Under the pieces are notes generated by a model. It was not told the origin of the DNA. It did no database searches and was given only the letters and a program-made list of their open reading frames with translations. Position numbers and translations under genes: made by a program. From Bacteroidales bacterium (GTDB lineage Bacteria; Bacteroidota; Bacteroidia; Bacteroidales; UBA10428): a DNA stretch of 64,000 nucleotides. The DNA is taken from positions 129,491 through 193,490 of the forward strand of contig JAFGQZ010000026.1 of NCBI GenBank assembly GCA_016935435.1. Direction: 5' to 3'. Positions 1 to 9,783 of this stretch are shown here, piece by piece (within the stretch, counting starts at the first letter, position 1; each line of letters begins with the position of its first letter).

Positions 1-1
1 T

Positions 2-997
2 TCGGGCTTGCCCGGCGGAATGATGGGCAGCCTGATGGCCGACCTGGAGACAAACCTCTCGAGCCTTAACAACTGGCTGAAGAAGAAAGGAAAGGCCCTG
101 CTTACACTAGACGAACTGTTGATAAAGCTTTTCGACGAGGTTGAATATATTTGGCCGATGCTGGGTTATCCGCCCCTTGTTACGCCTTTCAGCCAGTACG
201 TTAAGAACCTGGCACTGATGAATGTTATTCAGCTCGAAAAAGGCGGCGAACGTTGGTCGATGATTGCCGACAATATATGGGACATGATTCTTGGCAAGTC
301 GGGGAAACTGCCCGGCGAACTTTCGCCCGAGATTACCAGGCTCGCACACGAGCAGTGCAAAGAGTTTTATACTGGCAACCCCCAGGATTTGTACCCCGAT
401 AACCTGAATGTTTTTCGCGATGAAATGAAAGATAAAGGATGGGATTTTGGCCAGGACGAAGAAGAACTTTTTGAACTTGCCATGCACCCCGAACAATACA
501 GGGCTTATAAATCGGGCAAAGCTAAGTCCGATTTTGAGGCCGACCTCGAAAGTAAGCGCGAAGCCGCTAAAAATAAGTGTAAAGATGCGGTCGAAAAAGC
601 CACTTCGCAGGTTTCGGTAAATTTCGAGCCCAAAACCCTCAATATCGATGTAAACGGCGAGAAATATGTTGTAAAAGTTACTTATGGCGAAAGTACTATT
701 ACTGCTACCCAAACTACGCTGGCCCCAACTACAGAAAAACCCTCTGCAACTAAAGAAAACAATACTGTTGCAGAAGTAACCGCCCCGCTCGAAGGTAAAT
801 TTTTCTTTACCCGCGACTCGTCGGAAACAGCCATAAAAATTGGCGATACCATTAAAGAAGGCGATTTAATTGGCTATATCGAATCGATGAAAACCTATAA
901 TGCAATTACTTCCGACAAGGCAGGCAAAATTGTTGAAATATGTTTCGATAACGGCGATTCGGTTGAGGAAGACGATGTGTTAATTAAATTGCAGTAA
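2..997 (+). CDS. oadA: Oxaloacetate decarboxylase alpha subunit / pyruvate carboxylase subunit B type protein, C-terminal part (5' end lies outside the window), with biotinyl-carrier domain
   Basis: The reading frame is open to the window edge, so the TTG at 8 is not a real start. The sequence shows a carboxylase conserved-domain-like region, then a Thr/Pro/Ala-rich linker, then a biotinyl domain with attachment motif IGYIESMKTYNAI. The Na+-pump beta subunit follows 5 nt later. Confidence 0.75.
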   Translation, partial: SGLPGGMMGSLMADLETNLSSLNNWLKKKGKALLTLDELLIKLFDEVEYIWPMLGYPPLVTPFSQYVKNLALMNVIQLEKGGERWSMIADNIWDMILGKSGKLPGELSPEITRLAHEQCKEFYTGNPQDLYPDNLNVFRDEMKDKGWDFGQDEEELFELAMHPEQYRAYKSGKAKSDFEADLESKREAAKNKCKDAVEKATSQVSVNFEPKTLNIDVNGEKYVVKVTYGESTITATQTTLAPTTEKPSATKENNTVAEVTAPLEGKFFFTRDSSETAIKIGDTIKEGDLIGYIESMKTYNAITSDKAGKIVEICFDNGDSVEEDDVLIKLQ

Positions 998-1001
998 CAC
1001 C

Positions 1002-2207
1002 ATGCACGATATATTTCAGAAATTATTTGAAATGACGGCTTTTGGGACAATTACCTACAAAACCGTTTTAATGTGGGCAATATCGTTTGTGCTCTTGTAC
1101 CTTGGCATAAAAAAGAAATACGAGCCATTGCTCCTTGTACCGATTGGATTTGGTGTTTTGCTGGCCAATTTTCCAGGTGCAGGCATGGGAATTGTGCCTG
1201 CTGAGTACATCGAACTGGGCAACGACAGGTATAAAAACCTTTTTGAAATTGCCCACGAATACGGTATATTGAACTTCTTGTATTATTCCCTGATAAAGAC
1301 CGGGTTTTTGCCTCCTATAATTTTCATGGGGGTAGGCGCCCTCACCGATTTTGGCCCTATGTTGCGTAACCTTCGGCTGGCATTTTTTGGCGCGGCAGCA
1401 CAAATTGGCATTTTCTCGGTTTTAATTGTTGCAGTTTTGCTGGGCTTTAGCCTTAAAGAAGCCGCATCGCTGGGGATTATTGGCGGGGCCGATGGCCCTA
1501 CGGCAATTTATACTACTATTAAACTTGCCCCGCACATGCTTGGCCCGATAGCTATAGCAGCTTATTCGTATATGGCACTGGTGCCGGTTATTATCCCCTT
1601 TGTGGCTAATTTACTGATGACAAAAAAAGAATTCAGGATTAACATGAAGGAAATGGACAAAAAATACCCGGCAAAGTACCAGATTAAAAACCTGAAAGCA
1701 GTAAAGATTATTTTCCCAATTGCCCTCGGTACTGTTGTGGCAATATTTGTGCCTTCGTCGGTACCTCTTCTCGGGATGTTGCTGTTTGGCAACCTGGTTA
1801 AAGAAATCGGCACTTCAACAGCGCGCCTGGCCGATGCAGCTACCGGGCCAATAATGAACTCTGCAACAATATTTCTGGGCATAAGCGTTGGGGCAACCAT
1901 GACAGCCGACGTTTTTCTGAAAACCGAAACACTGGGCATTGTTGTGGGTGGTTTTATTGCATTTGCAATATCGATTGCCGGCGGAATTTTAGCTGTAAAG
2001 GTTTACAATATGTTTGCAACAAAGAAAATTAACCCGCTTATTGGTGCAACAGGGCTGAGCGCTGTTCCTATGGCTTCGCGTGTGGCAAACGAAATGGCAT
2101 TGAAGCACGATCCGGTTAACCATATCCTGCAATACTGCATGGCCAGCAACATTTCAGGGGTTATTGGTTCGGCTGTTGCAGCTGGTGTTTTAATCTCGCT
2201 GGTGTAA
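1002..2207 (+). CDS. oadB: Sodium ion-translocating decarboxylase beta subunit (OadB/GcdB/MmdB family)
   Basis: This is a 401-aa polytopic membrane protein. The family is recognisable from GIIGGADGPTAIY and GLSAVPMASRVAN. It is tightly coupled to the upstream alpha subunit. Confidence 0.85.
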   Translation: MHDIFQKLFEMTAFGTITYKTVLMWAISFVLLYLGIKKKYEPLLLVPIGFGVLLANFPGAGMGIVPAEYIELGNDRYKNLFEIAHEYGILNFLYYSLIKTGFLPPIIFMGVGALTDFGPMLRNLRLAFFGAAAQIGIFSVLIVAVLLGFSLKEAASLGIIGGADGPTAIYTTIKLAPHMLGPIAIAAYSYMALVPVIIPFVANLLMTKKEFRINMKEMDKKYPAKYQIKNLKAVKIIFPIALGTVVAIFVPSSVPLLGMLLFGNLVKEIGTSTARLADAATGPIMNSATIFLGISVGATMTADVFLKTETLGIVVGGFIAFAISIAGGILAVKVYNMFATKKINPLIGATGLSAVPMASRVANEMALKHDPVNHILQYCMASNISGVIGSAVAAGVLISLV

Positions 2208-2605
2208 TAGAATTTGTTAGTTTAAAGTTAAAAGACATAAACAAAATTAATTTGGTTCAACTTTAAGCTGCGAACCATCTGGGGAAGGGATAAGTGTGCG
2301 CTTGTTTGTGGGGCTGGCAATGGACATGCTTTTTGATTGAAATTGTTTTACTTAATTTAAAAACCATGCCCAAACTTAAGCGCCCTCTTTCTCTTGGCCC
2401 ACCAATAAAATAAAAGTAAACCTTAATGCAGGTTTAAGGTTGAAGAACGATAACCACCAAATTAGATTTGTTTGTCTTTAATGGATCTGATGAAAAATTC
2501 GCAATAAGTATTGATATTGATATTCGTGTTAAGCCGGCAATAATTGAAGAGTACCATATTGAATTGATATGGACATTTACAATTTGTATTAAAGAAAAAG
2601 ATGAA

Positions 2606-3427
2606 TTATTCCTGCTTGCCCAGGAAAAGCCTGAATGTATTTTGGTCAAAAAGGCTTACGTCGAGTAAAATTAAGTAATCGATGGTTTTAAACTCGCGAT
2701 CGATTGCCGGATCGCCAATAATTTTGGCACCATAGCGCAGGTACATGCCTAATAGTGGGGGCATTTCTACCTGAACGGCCAGCGAATCGAGGTTTTCTAT
2801 ATTGTCAAGTTCGTAACCTGGCCGGGCTGTCATTTTAAATGTAGTATCTACCTGATTGCCCTCGCGGAGCTGTTTCAATAGCGATAGGCCTTCAAGTGGT
2901 TCCTGGCTGGTTAAAGAACAACATCCAAAGAGGTACCGTTTTTTCGACAAGTGTATGTAATTGGCTATTCCCCTCCATAATAAAAACAACACACGGGTAT
3001 TGCGGAAGTTTTTATCGATACAGGCTCGCCCAAGTTCAATCGATTCTGAAATAATATGTTTTGGCAGCATATCGAGGCAAAACTCACCATTAGAATAAAA
3101 GCCAATGCCTTTCTTTGCCATTTCGTAGGTTTGCATCCGGTATGTGCCAATAATTTTTTGCGAAGCTTTATCGATAATTAATAAATGATCGAACTGCTTG
3201 TCGTACATATCTTCGTCGCGCATGGTGGCATACGACGATTCGAGCCCTTCTTTCATTTCGAGGTTAAACACCTCAAACCTTAACCGCAGGGCTGCATCAA
3301 CCTCTTCTGATGTTTCTGCCAGCTTTATAATGTAGTTTTTATCTTCGAGTGTAAAATGTACCTGCTTATTTTTTCGCTGGTGGAGCCTCCGTTTTATTGA
3401 AGATATCAGAAACGCATCAATTTGCAT
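2606..3427 (-). CDS. GNAT-type N-acyltransferase of the OlsB/GlsB / N-acyl amino acid synthase (hemolysin-like) family
   Basis: The protein is 273 aa. Its N-terminal part (LRLRFEVFNLEM...YDKQFDHLLI...IIGTYRM) and the GRACI.KNFR block are typical of ornithine/glycine-lipid N-acyltransferases. Confidence 0.7.
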   Translation of the reverse strand: MQIDAFLISSIKRRLHQRKNKQVHFTLEDKNYIIKLAETSEEVDAALRLRFEVFNLEMKEGLESSYATMRDEDMYDKQFDHLLIIDKASQKIIGTYRMQTYEMAKKGIGFYSNGEFCLDMLPKHIISESIELGRACIDKNFRNTRVLFLLWRGIANYIHLSKKRYLFGCCSLTSQEPLEGLSLLKQLREGNQVDTTFKMTARPGYELDNIENLDSLAVQVEMPPLLGMYLRYGAKIIGDPAIDREFKTIDYLILLDVSLFDQNTFRLFLGKQE

Positions 3428-3592
3428 TAATTTTTGTTTAGGTGTTTGTCAAAAGTATAACCTTTGTTTGGTTTGATTGTTAAACCAATATTAAGTAAAA
3501 GTTTTTCGATGTGCAACTTCGAACTGTCGAAAAAGTATTCACTAAAACCCTAACCGAATGATACCCAGCAAGGTGTTGAAATTAGAATTTAT

Positions 3593-6007
3593 TTAAAAAA
3601 TTGTTTTGTATTTAAGGGGGTTTGCACTGTGCATAACCGAATAGGCAAGTTCAAACAAATCTTCTGCATTGGGGTTCGAGAAATAGTCGCCATCGCTGGT
3701 ATAGGCTGGCCTGTGTTCTTTAGCGGCAAGCGTGCAGGGCGGCAAATCGAGGTATTTGTGCCCTCCCTGTTCTTCCAGTACTTTTTGCATCATAAAGGCC
3801 GTTGCCCCTCCGGGGACATCTTCATCAAAGAATATTACTTTTCGTGTTTTTTTTAACGATACCGATATTGTTTCGTTAATGTCGAAGGGTACAAGTGTTT
3901 GAACATCTATTAATTCGGCATGTATGTCAAACTCTTCGAGGTTTTTTACTGCTTCGTAGGCTATGCGCACATTAGGGCCATAGGTAACAATGGTAATGTC
4001 GGAACCAGGGCATATTATCTCCGGTACCCCCAAGGCTATCTTAAATTCACCAATGTTTAAGGGATAAAATTCTTTTAAGCGGTATGCGTTTAGCGGTTCA
4101 ACCACTAAAGCCGGGTCGTTGCCTTCCAGCAGCGTATTGTACATTCCGGCAGCCTGTGCCATATTTCGCGGGGTACAAATAAATATTCCCTTGAGGGCAT
4201 TTATAAGCATTCCCATTGGCGAGCCGGAATGCCATATTCCTTCGAGCCGGTGCCCACGGGTGCTGATAATAACCGGTGCAGCCTGACCTGCGGCGGTGCG
4301 CCACCTCAGTGTTGCCAAATCATCGCTCAGGGTTTGCAAGGCATACAATAAATAATCGAGATACTGTATCTCTGCAATAGGCCTGAACCCGCGCATGGCC
4401 AGCCCTATTGCTTTTCCGATGATGGAGGTCTCGCGAATGCCTGTGTCAAACACACGGTGGATGCCATATTTTTCCTGTAAGCCTTCGTAAGTTTGGTTTA
4501 CGCCGCCAATTTTGCCGACATCTTCCCCGAAGGCCAGCAAATTCGGGTACTTACTGAACAATTTGTCGAAATTATCGCGTAAGATAAGCCGGCCTGCTAC
4601 TTCCTCTGGTTTTTCGGGGTATTTGGCAGGTACAGGAACCTGGTGCAAAGGCGAGTGCTTATCTTCGGAATACAAGTGCGAGCTGTATTTTTCAAAATTC
4701 TCAAGCCGGTTTTTGCCCAACCATGTTTGAAGCTGATGCTGCAAAGATCCACCTTGTGTACAACCTGCGCACACGTGCCGCAACAATTTTCGGGCTGTGG
4801 ATGTAATGGTATGCCTTTCGGTATTTATGGTGTTTTCGAGGTTTTGTGCCAATATTTCCAATATGCCCGAATTTTCGCCCTTACAAATACAGGTTCGGTT
4901 ACGGATAATTTGCAGCAATTCTGCTTTTTGTCCATCAATGGGTGCCCTGTAAGTTCTCCATGCCTTTTCGTGGGCACTTTTTACCAATTCCAATGCACGG
5001 GTTTCAATAGCATCGAGCTCTGAATTTCCGGCTATTTTGCTTTCTAAAATCCATTTCCGCATTTGGGCCAGGCAGTCGAATTCCGACTCCCACTCTAACC
5101 TTTCGGTAGTTTTATACCGTTCGTGCGAACCTGAAGTTGAATGGCCTTGTGGCTGTGTTAGCCCTTCGATATGAAAAAGTACCGGTATATGGTTTTTGCG
5201 GCAAAAAGTTATTCCTTCAGAGAAAACACCAAAAAGCTGACGATAGTCCCAGCCATTTGCTTTGTAAATACGAATACCATTTGAACCGCTTTGTGCCACG
5301 AAACCCTTTAGTGCTTCAGAAATACTCGACTTAATAGTTTGTTTCTGTTTTTCTACCGATATGCCAAAACCATCGTCCCAGACAAAAACAGCCAGTGGTA
5401 TGCCCAAAACGCCTGCACTGTTGAGTGTTTCAAAGAAATGCCCTTCAGAAGTGCTTGCATCGCCAATTGTAGTAAAAACAACCTCGTTCCCGTAATTCGA
5501 GAAATTTTTTCCAGCAAAGTGGCCGGGATATGAACGATAGAGTTTTGAGGCCAGAGCCAATCCTAGCGAACGGGGCATCTGGCCTGCAGTCGGGGAAATA
5601 TCCGACGAAGAATTTACCTGCGTAGTTTGATTGAGCCAGTGGCCTTCAGTGTCGATAAAACGGGAGCCAAAATGGTTGTTAAACGAGCGTCCCCCGTTGG
5701 CAGGGTTCAAGCTGGTATCGGGGGTTCCATATAACTGGTGAAAAAATTCTTCGGCTGTAAGCAGGCCTGTTGCCAGCATGAGGGTCTGGTCGCGATAATA
5801 ACCCGAGCGCCAGTCGCCTTTCTCCATAAAATGGGCAAGGGCAAGCTGGGCAACTTCTTTCCCATCGCCGAATATGCCAAATTTTGCTTTGCCGCCTAAC
5901 ACTTCTTTTCGCCCAAATATGCTTAGATATCGGCTCTGCCAGCCAACCAGGTAATCGTTCAATATCTGGCTTTTGTTTATTTTCAGCCCGGTAAGTATCT
6001 TGTTCAT
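3593..6007 (-). CDS. Fused E1 alpha/beta 2-oxoacid (branched-chain type) dehydrogenase, TPP-dependent
   Basis: The protein is 804 aa. The N-terminal half carries an E1-alpha TPP-binding region (IGDASTSEGHFFETLNSAGV). The C-terminal half is an E1-beta transketolase-like Pyr plus C-terminal domain (FGEDVGKIGGVNQTYEGL, FDTGIRETSIIG). Confidence 0.8.
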   Translation of the reverse strand: MNKILTGLKINKSQILNDYLVGWQSRYLSIFGRKEVLGGKAKFGIFGDGKEVAQLALAHFMEKGDWRSGYYRDQTLMLATGLLTAEEFFHQLYGTPDTSLNPANGGRSFNNHFGSRFIDTEGHWLNQTTQVNSSSDISPTAGQMPRSLGLALASKLYRSYPGHFAGKNFSNYGNEVVFTTIGDASTSEGHFFETLNSAGVLGIPLAVFVWDDGFGISVEKQKQTIKSSISEALKGFVAQSGSNGIRIYKANGWDYRQLFGVFSEGITFCRKNHIPVLFHIEGLTQPQGHSTSGSHERYKTTERLEWESEFDCLAQMRKWILESKIAGNSELDAIETRALELVKSAHEKAWRTYRAPIDGQKAELLQIIRNRTCICKGENSGILEILAQNLENTINTERHTITSTARKLLRHVCAGCTQGGSLQHQLQTWLGKNRLENFEKYSSHLYSEDKHSPLHQVPVPAKYPEKPEEVAGRLILRDNFDKLFSKYPNLLAFGEDVGKIGGVNQTYEGLQEKYGIHRVFDTGIRETSIIGKAIGLAMRGFRPIAEIQYLDYLLYALQTLSDDLATLRWRTAAGQAAPVIISTRGHRLEGIWHSGSPMGMLINALKGIFICTPRNMAQAAGMYNTLLEGNDPALVVEPLNAYRLKEFYPLNIGEFKIALGVPEIICPGSDITIVTYGPNVRIAYEAVKNLEEFDIHAELIDVQTLVPFDINETISVSLKKTRKVIFFDEDVPGGATAFMMQKVLEEQGGHKYLDLPPCTLAAKEHRPAYTSDGDYFSNPNAEDLFELAYSVMHSANPLKYKTIF

Positions 6008-6131
6008 TCAATATATATTACCATGTAAAAACAAAAAAGAAGTTTACTTGTTGAACCATTGGACGAAATTTGATTACAATCGGTTTTTTTATAGGTTCAA
6101 ATAATACTAATTTTGTAAAAAAATATTTGCC

Positions 6132-6380
6132 GTGGAAATTTTTATAGTATCAATTGTTATAGTTGCATTTGCTTTTGTGGGGCTGGGTTTTAATATTTTT
6201 TTCCGTAAAGACGGTAAATTCCCCGAAACCGAAGTAGGCACCAACAGGCACATGCGCGAACTGGGAATTAGGTGTACACGATGTGACGAAATGCGGAATT
6301 ACCGGGAGCTTAAGAGAAAAAGCAATAAAAAGGTTAATTATTCGACTTTAAAAATTGACCTCAACCTGAACAATTACTGA
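6132..6380 (+). CDS. Small single-pass membrane protein with a CxxC motif, function unknown
   Basis: The ORF has a GTG start and encodes 82 aa. It has an N-terminal hydrophobic helix (IFIVSIVIVAFAFVGLGFNIFF) followed by GKFPETEVGTNRHMRELGIRCTRCDE. It is the only sizeable ORF in the gap. Coding status was not proven. Confidence 0.4.
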   Translation: MEIFIVSIVIVAFAFVGLGFNIFFRKDGKFPETEVGTNRHMRELGIRCTRCDEMRNYRELKRKSNKKVNYSTLKIDLNLNNY

Positions 6381-6434
6381 TTTTTGTAACCGGTATTTTG
6401 GCAGCCTTTTGAATATCTGCCATTGTGAACAATT

Positions 6435-7499
6435 TTATTCGATATTTTTGCCCAGCTGGTCGATAAAGTTATATTTTGCCTGTCGGGTTTTCCACCTCTC
6501 GCGGGCATATTTCTGCATGTCGGCAACGGTGTCTTTTTCATCAACTATTTCAAGGCCCAGGAGGGTTTCAATTATGTCTTCCATGGTAACAATGCCATCA
6601 AGGCCTCCATATTCGTCAACAATAAGGGCTATATGTTCCTTTTTTTCAAGAAGTTTTTCCCAAAGAGAGAAAAGGACCACAGAGCCCGGAACAACCAAAA
6701 TTTCGCGCTTAATGTCTCTCAGCTTCAAATGGTGTTTGTCTTCTGCAAGGTTCTCAAATACTGTTTGCCTGAATACGTACCCGGTAATATTATCATCGTT
6801 GCCAGAATATAAAGGTATCCGCGAGAATTTAAGGTAGTTTTTATTGTTAAGGAATTCAGCCAGGGGCAAATTTTCATCGGCTAGTGCAACCACCACCCTG
6901 GGGGTCATAATTTCTGTAACTTTCACGTTTTTCAACCTGAGGATGTTTTGTATAATTTTGTTTTCTTTTTCAGAAAACAGTCCTTCGTCAGCGCCTATAC
7001 TTGCCAGCGCTGCAATTTCTTCCCTGCTGGTAGTTTGCTCTTTGGGGTCTTTTGAAAACACCCTGATAATAACTGCCGACATTATTACCAAAGGATATGT
7101 AATAAAAATCATAACCTTAATAGTAAGGTACGAAGCTTTTGCAAGCTTTCTCCAGTAACGCGCACCGATGGTTTTAGGTATAATTTCGGTTAAAACAAGA
7201 ATTAGTATGGTTAAAATGGCCGACACTACTCCGAAATATGCTTCGCCAAAAACTTTTACTGCCTGGGCACCAACACCGGCAGCCCCAATGGTATGCGCAA
7301 CTGTATTTAACGATAAAATTGCCGACAGCGGTTTGTCAATAGTGTTTTTCAGCCCGATAAACGATCTTGCCCATAGCGCCCCCCTCTCTTGTTTAACAAT
7401 AAGAAACGACTGTGGGGTTGACAAAAGCACTGATTCCATAATTGAACATAAGAACGAAACAAATAAAGCAAGAAATAAATAAATTATTAGTGCCAGCAT
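6435..7499 (-). CDS. CNNM/DUF21 transmembrane domain plus CBS-pair protein (CorB/hemolysin-family, putative Mg2+/Co2+ transporter) without CorC_HlyC C-terminal domain
   Basis: The protein is 354 aa. It has an N-terminal four-helix region with LLSTPQSFL and LNTVAHTIG, then a CBS region (VTEIMTPRVVV, ALIVDEYGGLDGIVTMEDIIE). Confidence 0.8.
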   Translation of the reverse strand: MLALIIYLFLALFVSFLCSIMESVLLSTPQSFLIVKQERGALWARSFIGLKNTIDKPLSAILSLNTVAHTIGAAGVGAQAVKVFGEAYFGVVSAILTILILVLTEIIPKTIGARYWRKLAKASYLTIKVMIFITYPLVIMSAVIIRVFSKDPKEQTTSREEIAALASIGADEGLFSEKENKIIQNILRLKNVKVTEIMTPRVVVALADENLPLAEFLNNKNYLKFSRIPLYSGNDDNITGYVFRQTVFENLAEDKHHLKLRDIKREILVVPGSVVLFSLWEKLLEKKEHIALIVDEYGGLDGIVTMEDIIETLLGLEIVDEKDTVADMQKYARERWKTRQAKYNFIDQLGKNIE

Positions 7500-7626
7500 T
7501 TTTTTTCTTGTAAAGATACATAATTAATATAGCAGGCATACCAGGCATTTCTCCAGAACATAAACCAAATTATGGTAATGCTTTGTGCCTGGCATGGTGA
7601 AACCCGCATGCAGGTTAAACCATAAA

Positions 7627-9138
7627 CTACATTTTAGTGTTTGTGACAAAGGCAACTTTCCTACTGTCGGGCGACCATGAAGGGACATTTATTGTGCCCT
7701 GTCCGCCATAAATATAACCAATCACTTTAGGCGACCCACCCTCGTAGGGTATTATCCGCAAAAGGCATTGTTTGTAAAAAGGGTGATCGCCAGGGTTTAT
7801 GTCTTTAGGGAACGAAATAAAAACAATTTGTTTTTTGTCGGGGCTGACATGCGGGAACCAATCGTTATACCCGTCGAAGGTTAGTTGTGTTTGGTTTTTA
7901 CCATCGGCATCCATGCGCCAGATTTTCATTTTACCACTGCGGGCAGAGTTAAAGAAAATGTATTTACCATCGGGACTGGACTCCGGGCCATCGTCGAGGG
8001 TTTTAAAATTGGTCAACCGGGTTTCAATGCCTGTAGCAACATCAACCAGATAAATATCATACTGGCCGTTTCGTTCGCCGGTAAAAAGCATACTTTTATT
8101 GTTGGGCAACCAACCATGCAGGTACGAGGCCCCGGCTTGCGGTTTTGTTACTTGTACCGGAGATGAACTGCCCTGTGAGGGTAAAAAATAAATTGTCGAA
8201 CGGCCGGCTTCTTCGGGGCTGTGGTGGCTAATACCAAGGAATTTTCCATCGAAACTTAATACATGGTCGTTATTGTTGTTCGCTGCAAAACCCGTATTCA
8301 GTAGCTGTATTTTATTGGTTTCCAGTTCGTATGCATAGAGCAGCCCCTTCGAGTTAAAAATCAGGTTTTTGCCGTCAGGCGTCCAGTTTGGGGCCTGAAT
8401 TGAATGAGCTGAGCTAAAAATAATTTTTCGCAGTCCCGTTTCAATATCCAGTAATTCGAGATGGCTCCCGATATAGTCGTTATAGGGAACAAATCCTTCA
8501 TCGGCAGGCCTGGTTATGCGCACATTTCTGAAAACGGCGGTTTCTATTATTTCTGGGTTATGGGCACACACATAAACACCTATATACACTTGGTTGTCGA
8601 GAGGCACTTCATCAACCTGCACTGTATTAAATTCTTCACCAAAACGAGCTGTGGACATTATAAAACTGTTTCCCTTTCTTTCAATTTGGACTACATTGGC
8701 GAATGAATCGGTCGAGGGAACCTCATTGGTTAAACCACCGGAGGTACTCCTGTATTGAAGCGAAACAAGCCCATCGCCATGCACGGCAGCGTTTACATGC
8801 GGCGAATCAGCTGTGAGGCTGTTTCTAATTATCAAGCCTGCTTTACGGTGTGGCTCAACACCTTTAGCTAAGAATTCCAATTCGGCGGTAAAGATAAAAT
8901 CTCCCTGAATGGTTGTCCACAAATAGCTAAATTCGTCGGTACCGCCCCACATGTTTTTGCCCGAGCCGCCAACTGTATAAGACTGGATGTTGCCATTATA
9001 AAAAGCAAAGCCATCGGTTTTATTTATTCCGATATTGGTGTGGTTATCGAAGGTTCCGGTTTTTTGTTGCGCAAACATGCACCTAAAGTTAAAAAATAAA
9101 CAACAGGCTGGCACTAAATATAAAAATGCTTTTTTCAT
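7627..9138 (-). CDS. Secreted protein: N-terminal concanavalin/DUF1349-like domain fused to a TolB-like PD40 beta-propeller
   Basis: The signal peptide is MKKAFLYLVPACCLFFNFRCMFAQQ. The C-terminal half has repeated PD40-type motifs (PNWTPDGKNLIF, LSFDGKFLGISH, SSPDGKYIFFNS, VSPDKKQIVFIS, PSWSPDSRKVAFV). Confidence 0.65.
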   Translation of the reverse strand: MKKAFLYLVPACCLFFNFRCMFAQQKTGTFDNHTNIGINKTDGFAFYNGNIQSYTVGGSGKNMWGGTDEFSYLWTTIQGDFIFTAELEFLAKGVEPHRKAGLIIRNSLTADSPHVNAAVHGDGLVSLQYRSTSGGLTNEVPSTDSFANVVQIERKGNSFIMSTARFGEEFNTVQVDEVPLDNQVYIGVYVCAHNPEIIETAVFRNVRITRPADEGFVPYNDYIGSHLELLDIETGLRKIIFSSAHSIQAPNWTPDGKNLIFNSKGLLYAYELETNKIQLLNTGFAANNNNDHVLSFDGKFLGISHHSPEEAGRSTIYFLPSQGSSSPVQVTKPQAGASYLHGWLPNNKSMLFTGERNGQYDIYLVDVATGIETRLTNFKTLDDGPESSPDGKYIFFNSARSGKMKIWRMDADGKNQTQLTFDGYNDWFPHVSPDKKQIVFISFPKDINPGDHPFYKQCLLRIIPYEGGSPKVIGYIYGGQGTINVPSWSPDSRKVAFVTNTKM

Positions 9139-9233
9139 GACAAAACTATCTGGTTTCTGAGCAAAAAAACAAAAAATATCTGTCTTAAGTATCAGGACTA
9201 ATAATAAATAGCATCTTTTTAGTTAAAAAGAAA

Positions 9234-9260
9234 ACCCTGTCAGGTTTTAACTGACAGGGT
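9234..9260 (-). terminator. Rho-independent terminator downstream of the tandem lipoprotein genes
   Basis: A perfect 10-bp stem (accctgtcag / ctgacagggt) flanks a 7-nt loop. On the minus strand it is followed by ttttcttttt. Confidence 0.7.
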
Positions 9261-9430
9261 TAATTTGAACTTAATTGTTTGACAAAACTATTTTTATTCC
9301 GGCATTTTTATCAAGTAACACAAAGCGCAAATAGACAAAAATATTAAGATGGTGAAATAACTAATAACAACTGACATCTAGGAATATTTTAAACAGTTAG
9401 TCCAATAGTCTGAATTTTAATTGCCCAAAC

Positions 9431-9760
9431 CTAATTGTACTTTATAGCAACACCTGAGAGACCAGTTCTTTGAGCCACTGATGTCATTTTTGTTAACTTA
9501 CAAAATATTATAGCATCAGCTCCCAATGAGGCGGCTTTCTTTTTAAGGACTTTCTCGGCACTTTTAGCATCACCAACAGCATCTACTGCGATGCTTCCAA
9601 TTACTGTATAAGATTCGTCCACATCATTAGAGAAAATTTTAATCATGTCAATACTTGTCTCAGGATAGGTTTTAGCACCGCTTTGCGTATAATATGCAGA
9701 AATAGAGCAACTACTAATTATAAATACTAGAAATAATAATCCAAATACTACTTTTTTCAT
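9431..9760 (-). CDS. Small lipoprotein, paralog A (RcsF/DUF4156/YbjQ-like layout)
   Basis: The protein is 109 aa with a lipobox (FIISSCS). The core is Y.VIG...GDAKSAEKVLKKKAASLGADAII. It is paralogous to the adjacent gene. Confidence 0.6.
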   Translation of the reverse strand: MKKVVFGLLFLVFIISSCSISAYYTQSGAKTYPETSIDMIKIFSNDVDESYTVIGSIAVDAVGDAKSAEKVLKKKAASLGADAIIFCKLTKMTSVAQRTGLSGVAIKYN

Positions 9761-9783
9761 AATTTTAAATATTATAATTATAA

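Noticed and set aside
107-712. Long antisense ORFs inside well-supported genes (for example 107..712, 6409..6837, 6844..7158, 7168..7482, 12443..12778, 37069..37485, 37702..38139, 60033..60611)
   Set aside because: They lie entirely opposite strong family-recognisable CDSs. They have low-complexity or odd composition and no recognisable motifs, so they are shadow ORFs.
2208-2605. Small ORFs 2434..2649 (-) and 2468..2668 (+), and an AT-rich hairpin (aaccttaa/ttaaggtt, 2419-2441), in the gap after oadB
   Set aside because: The ORFs overlap each other and the 3' end of the N-acyltransferase gene, and they have no recognisable features. The hairpin is weak (AT-only stem), so I did not call it a terminator.
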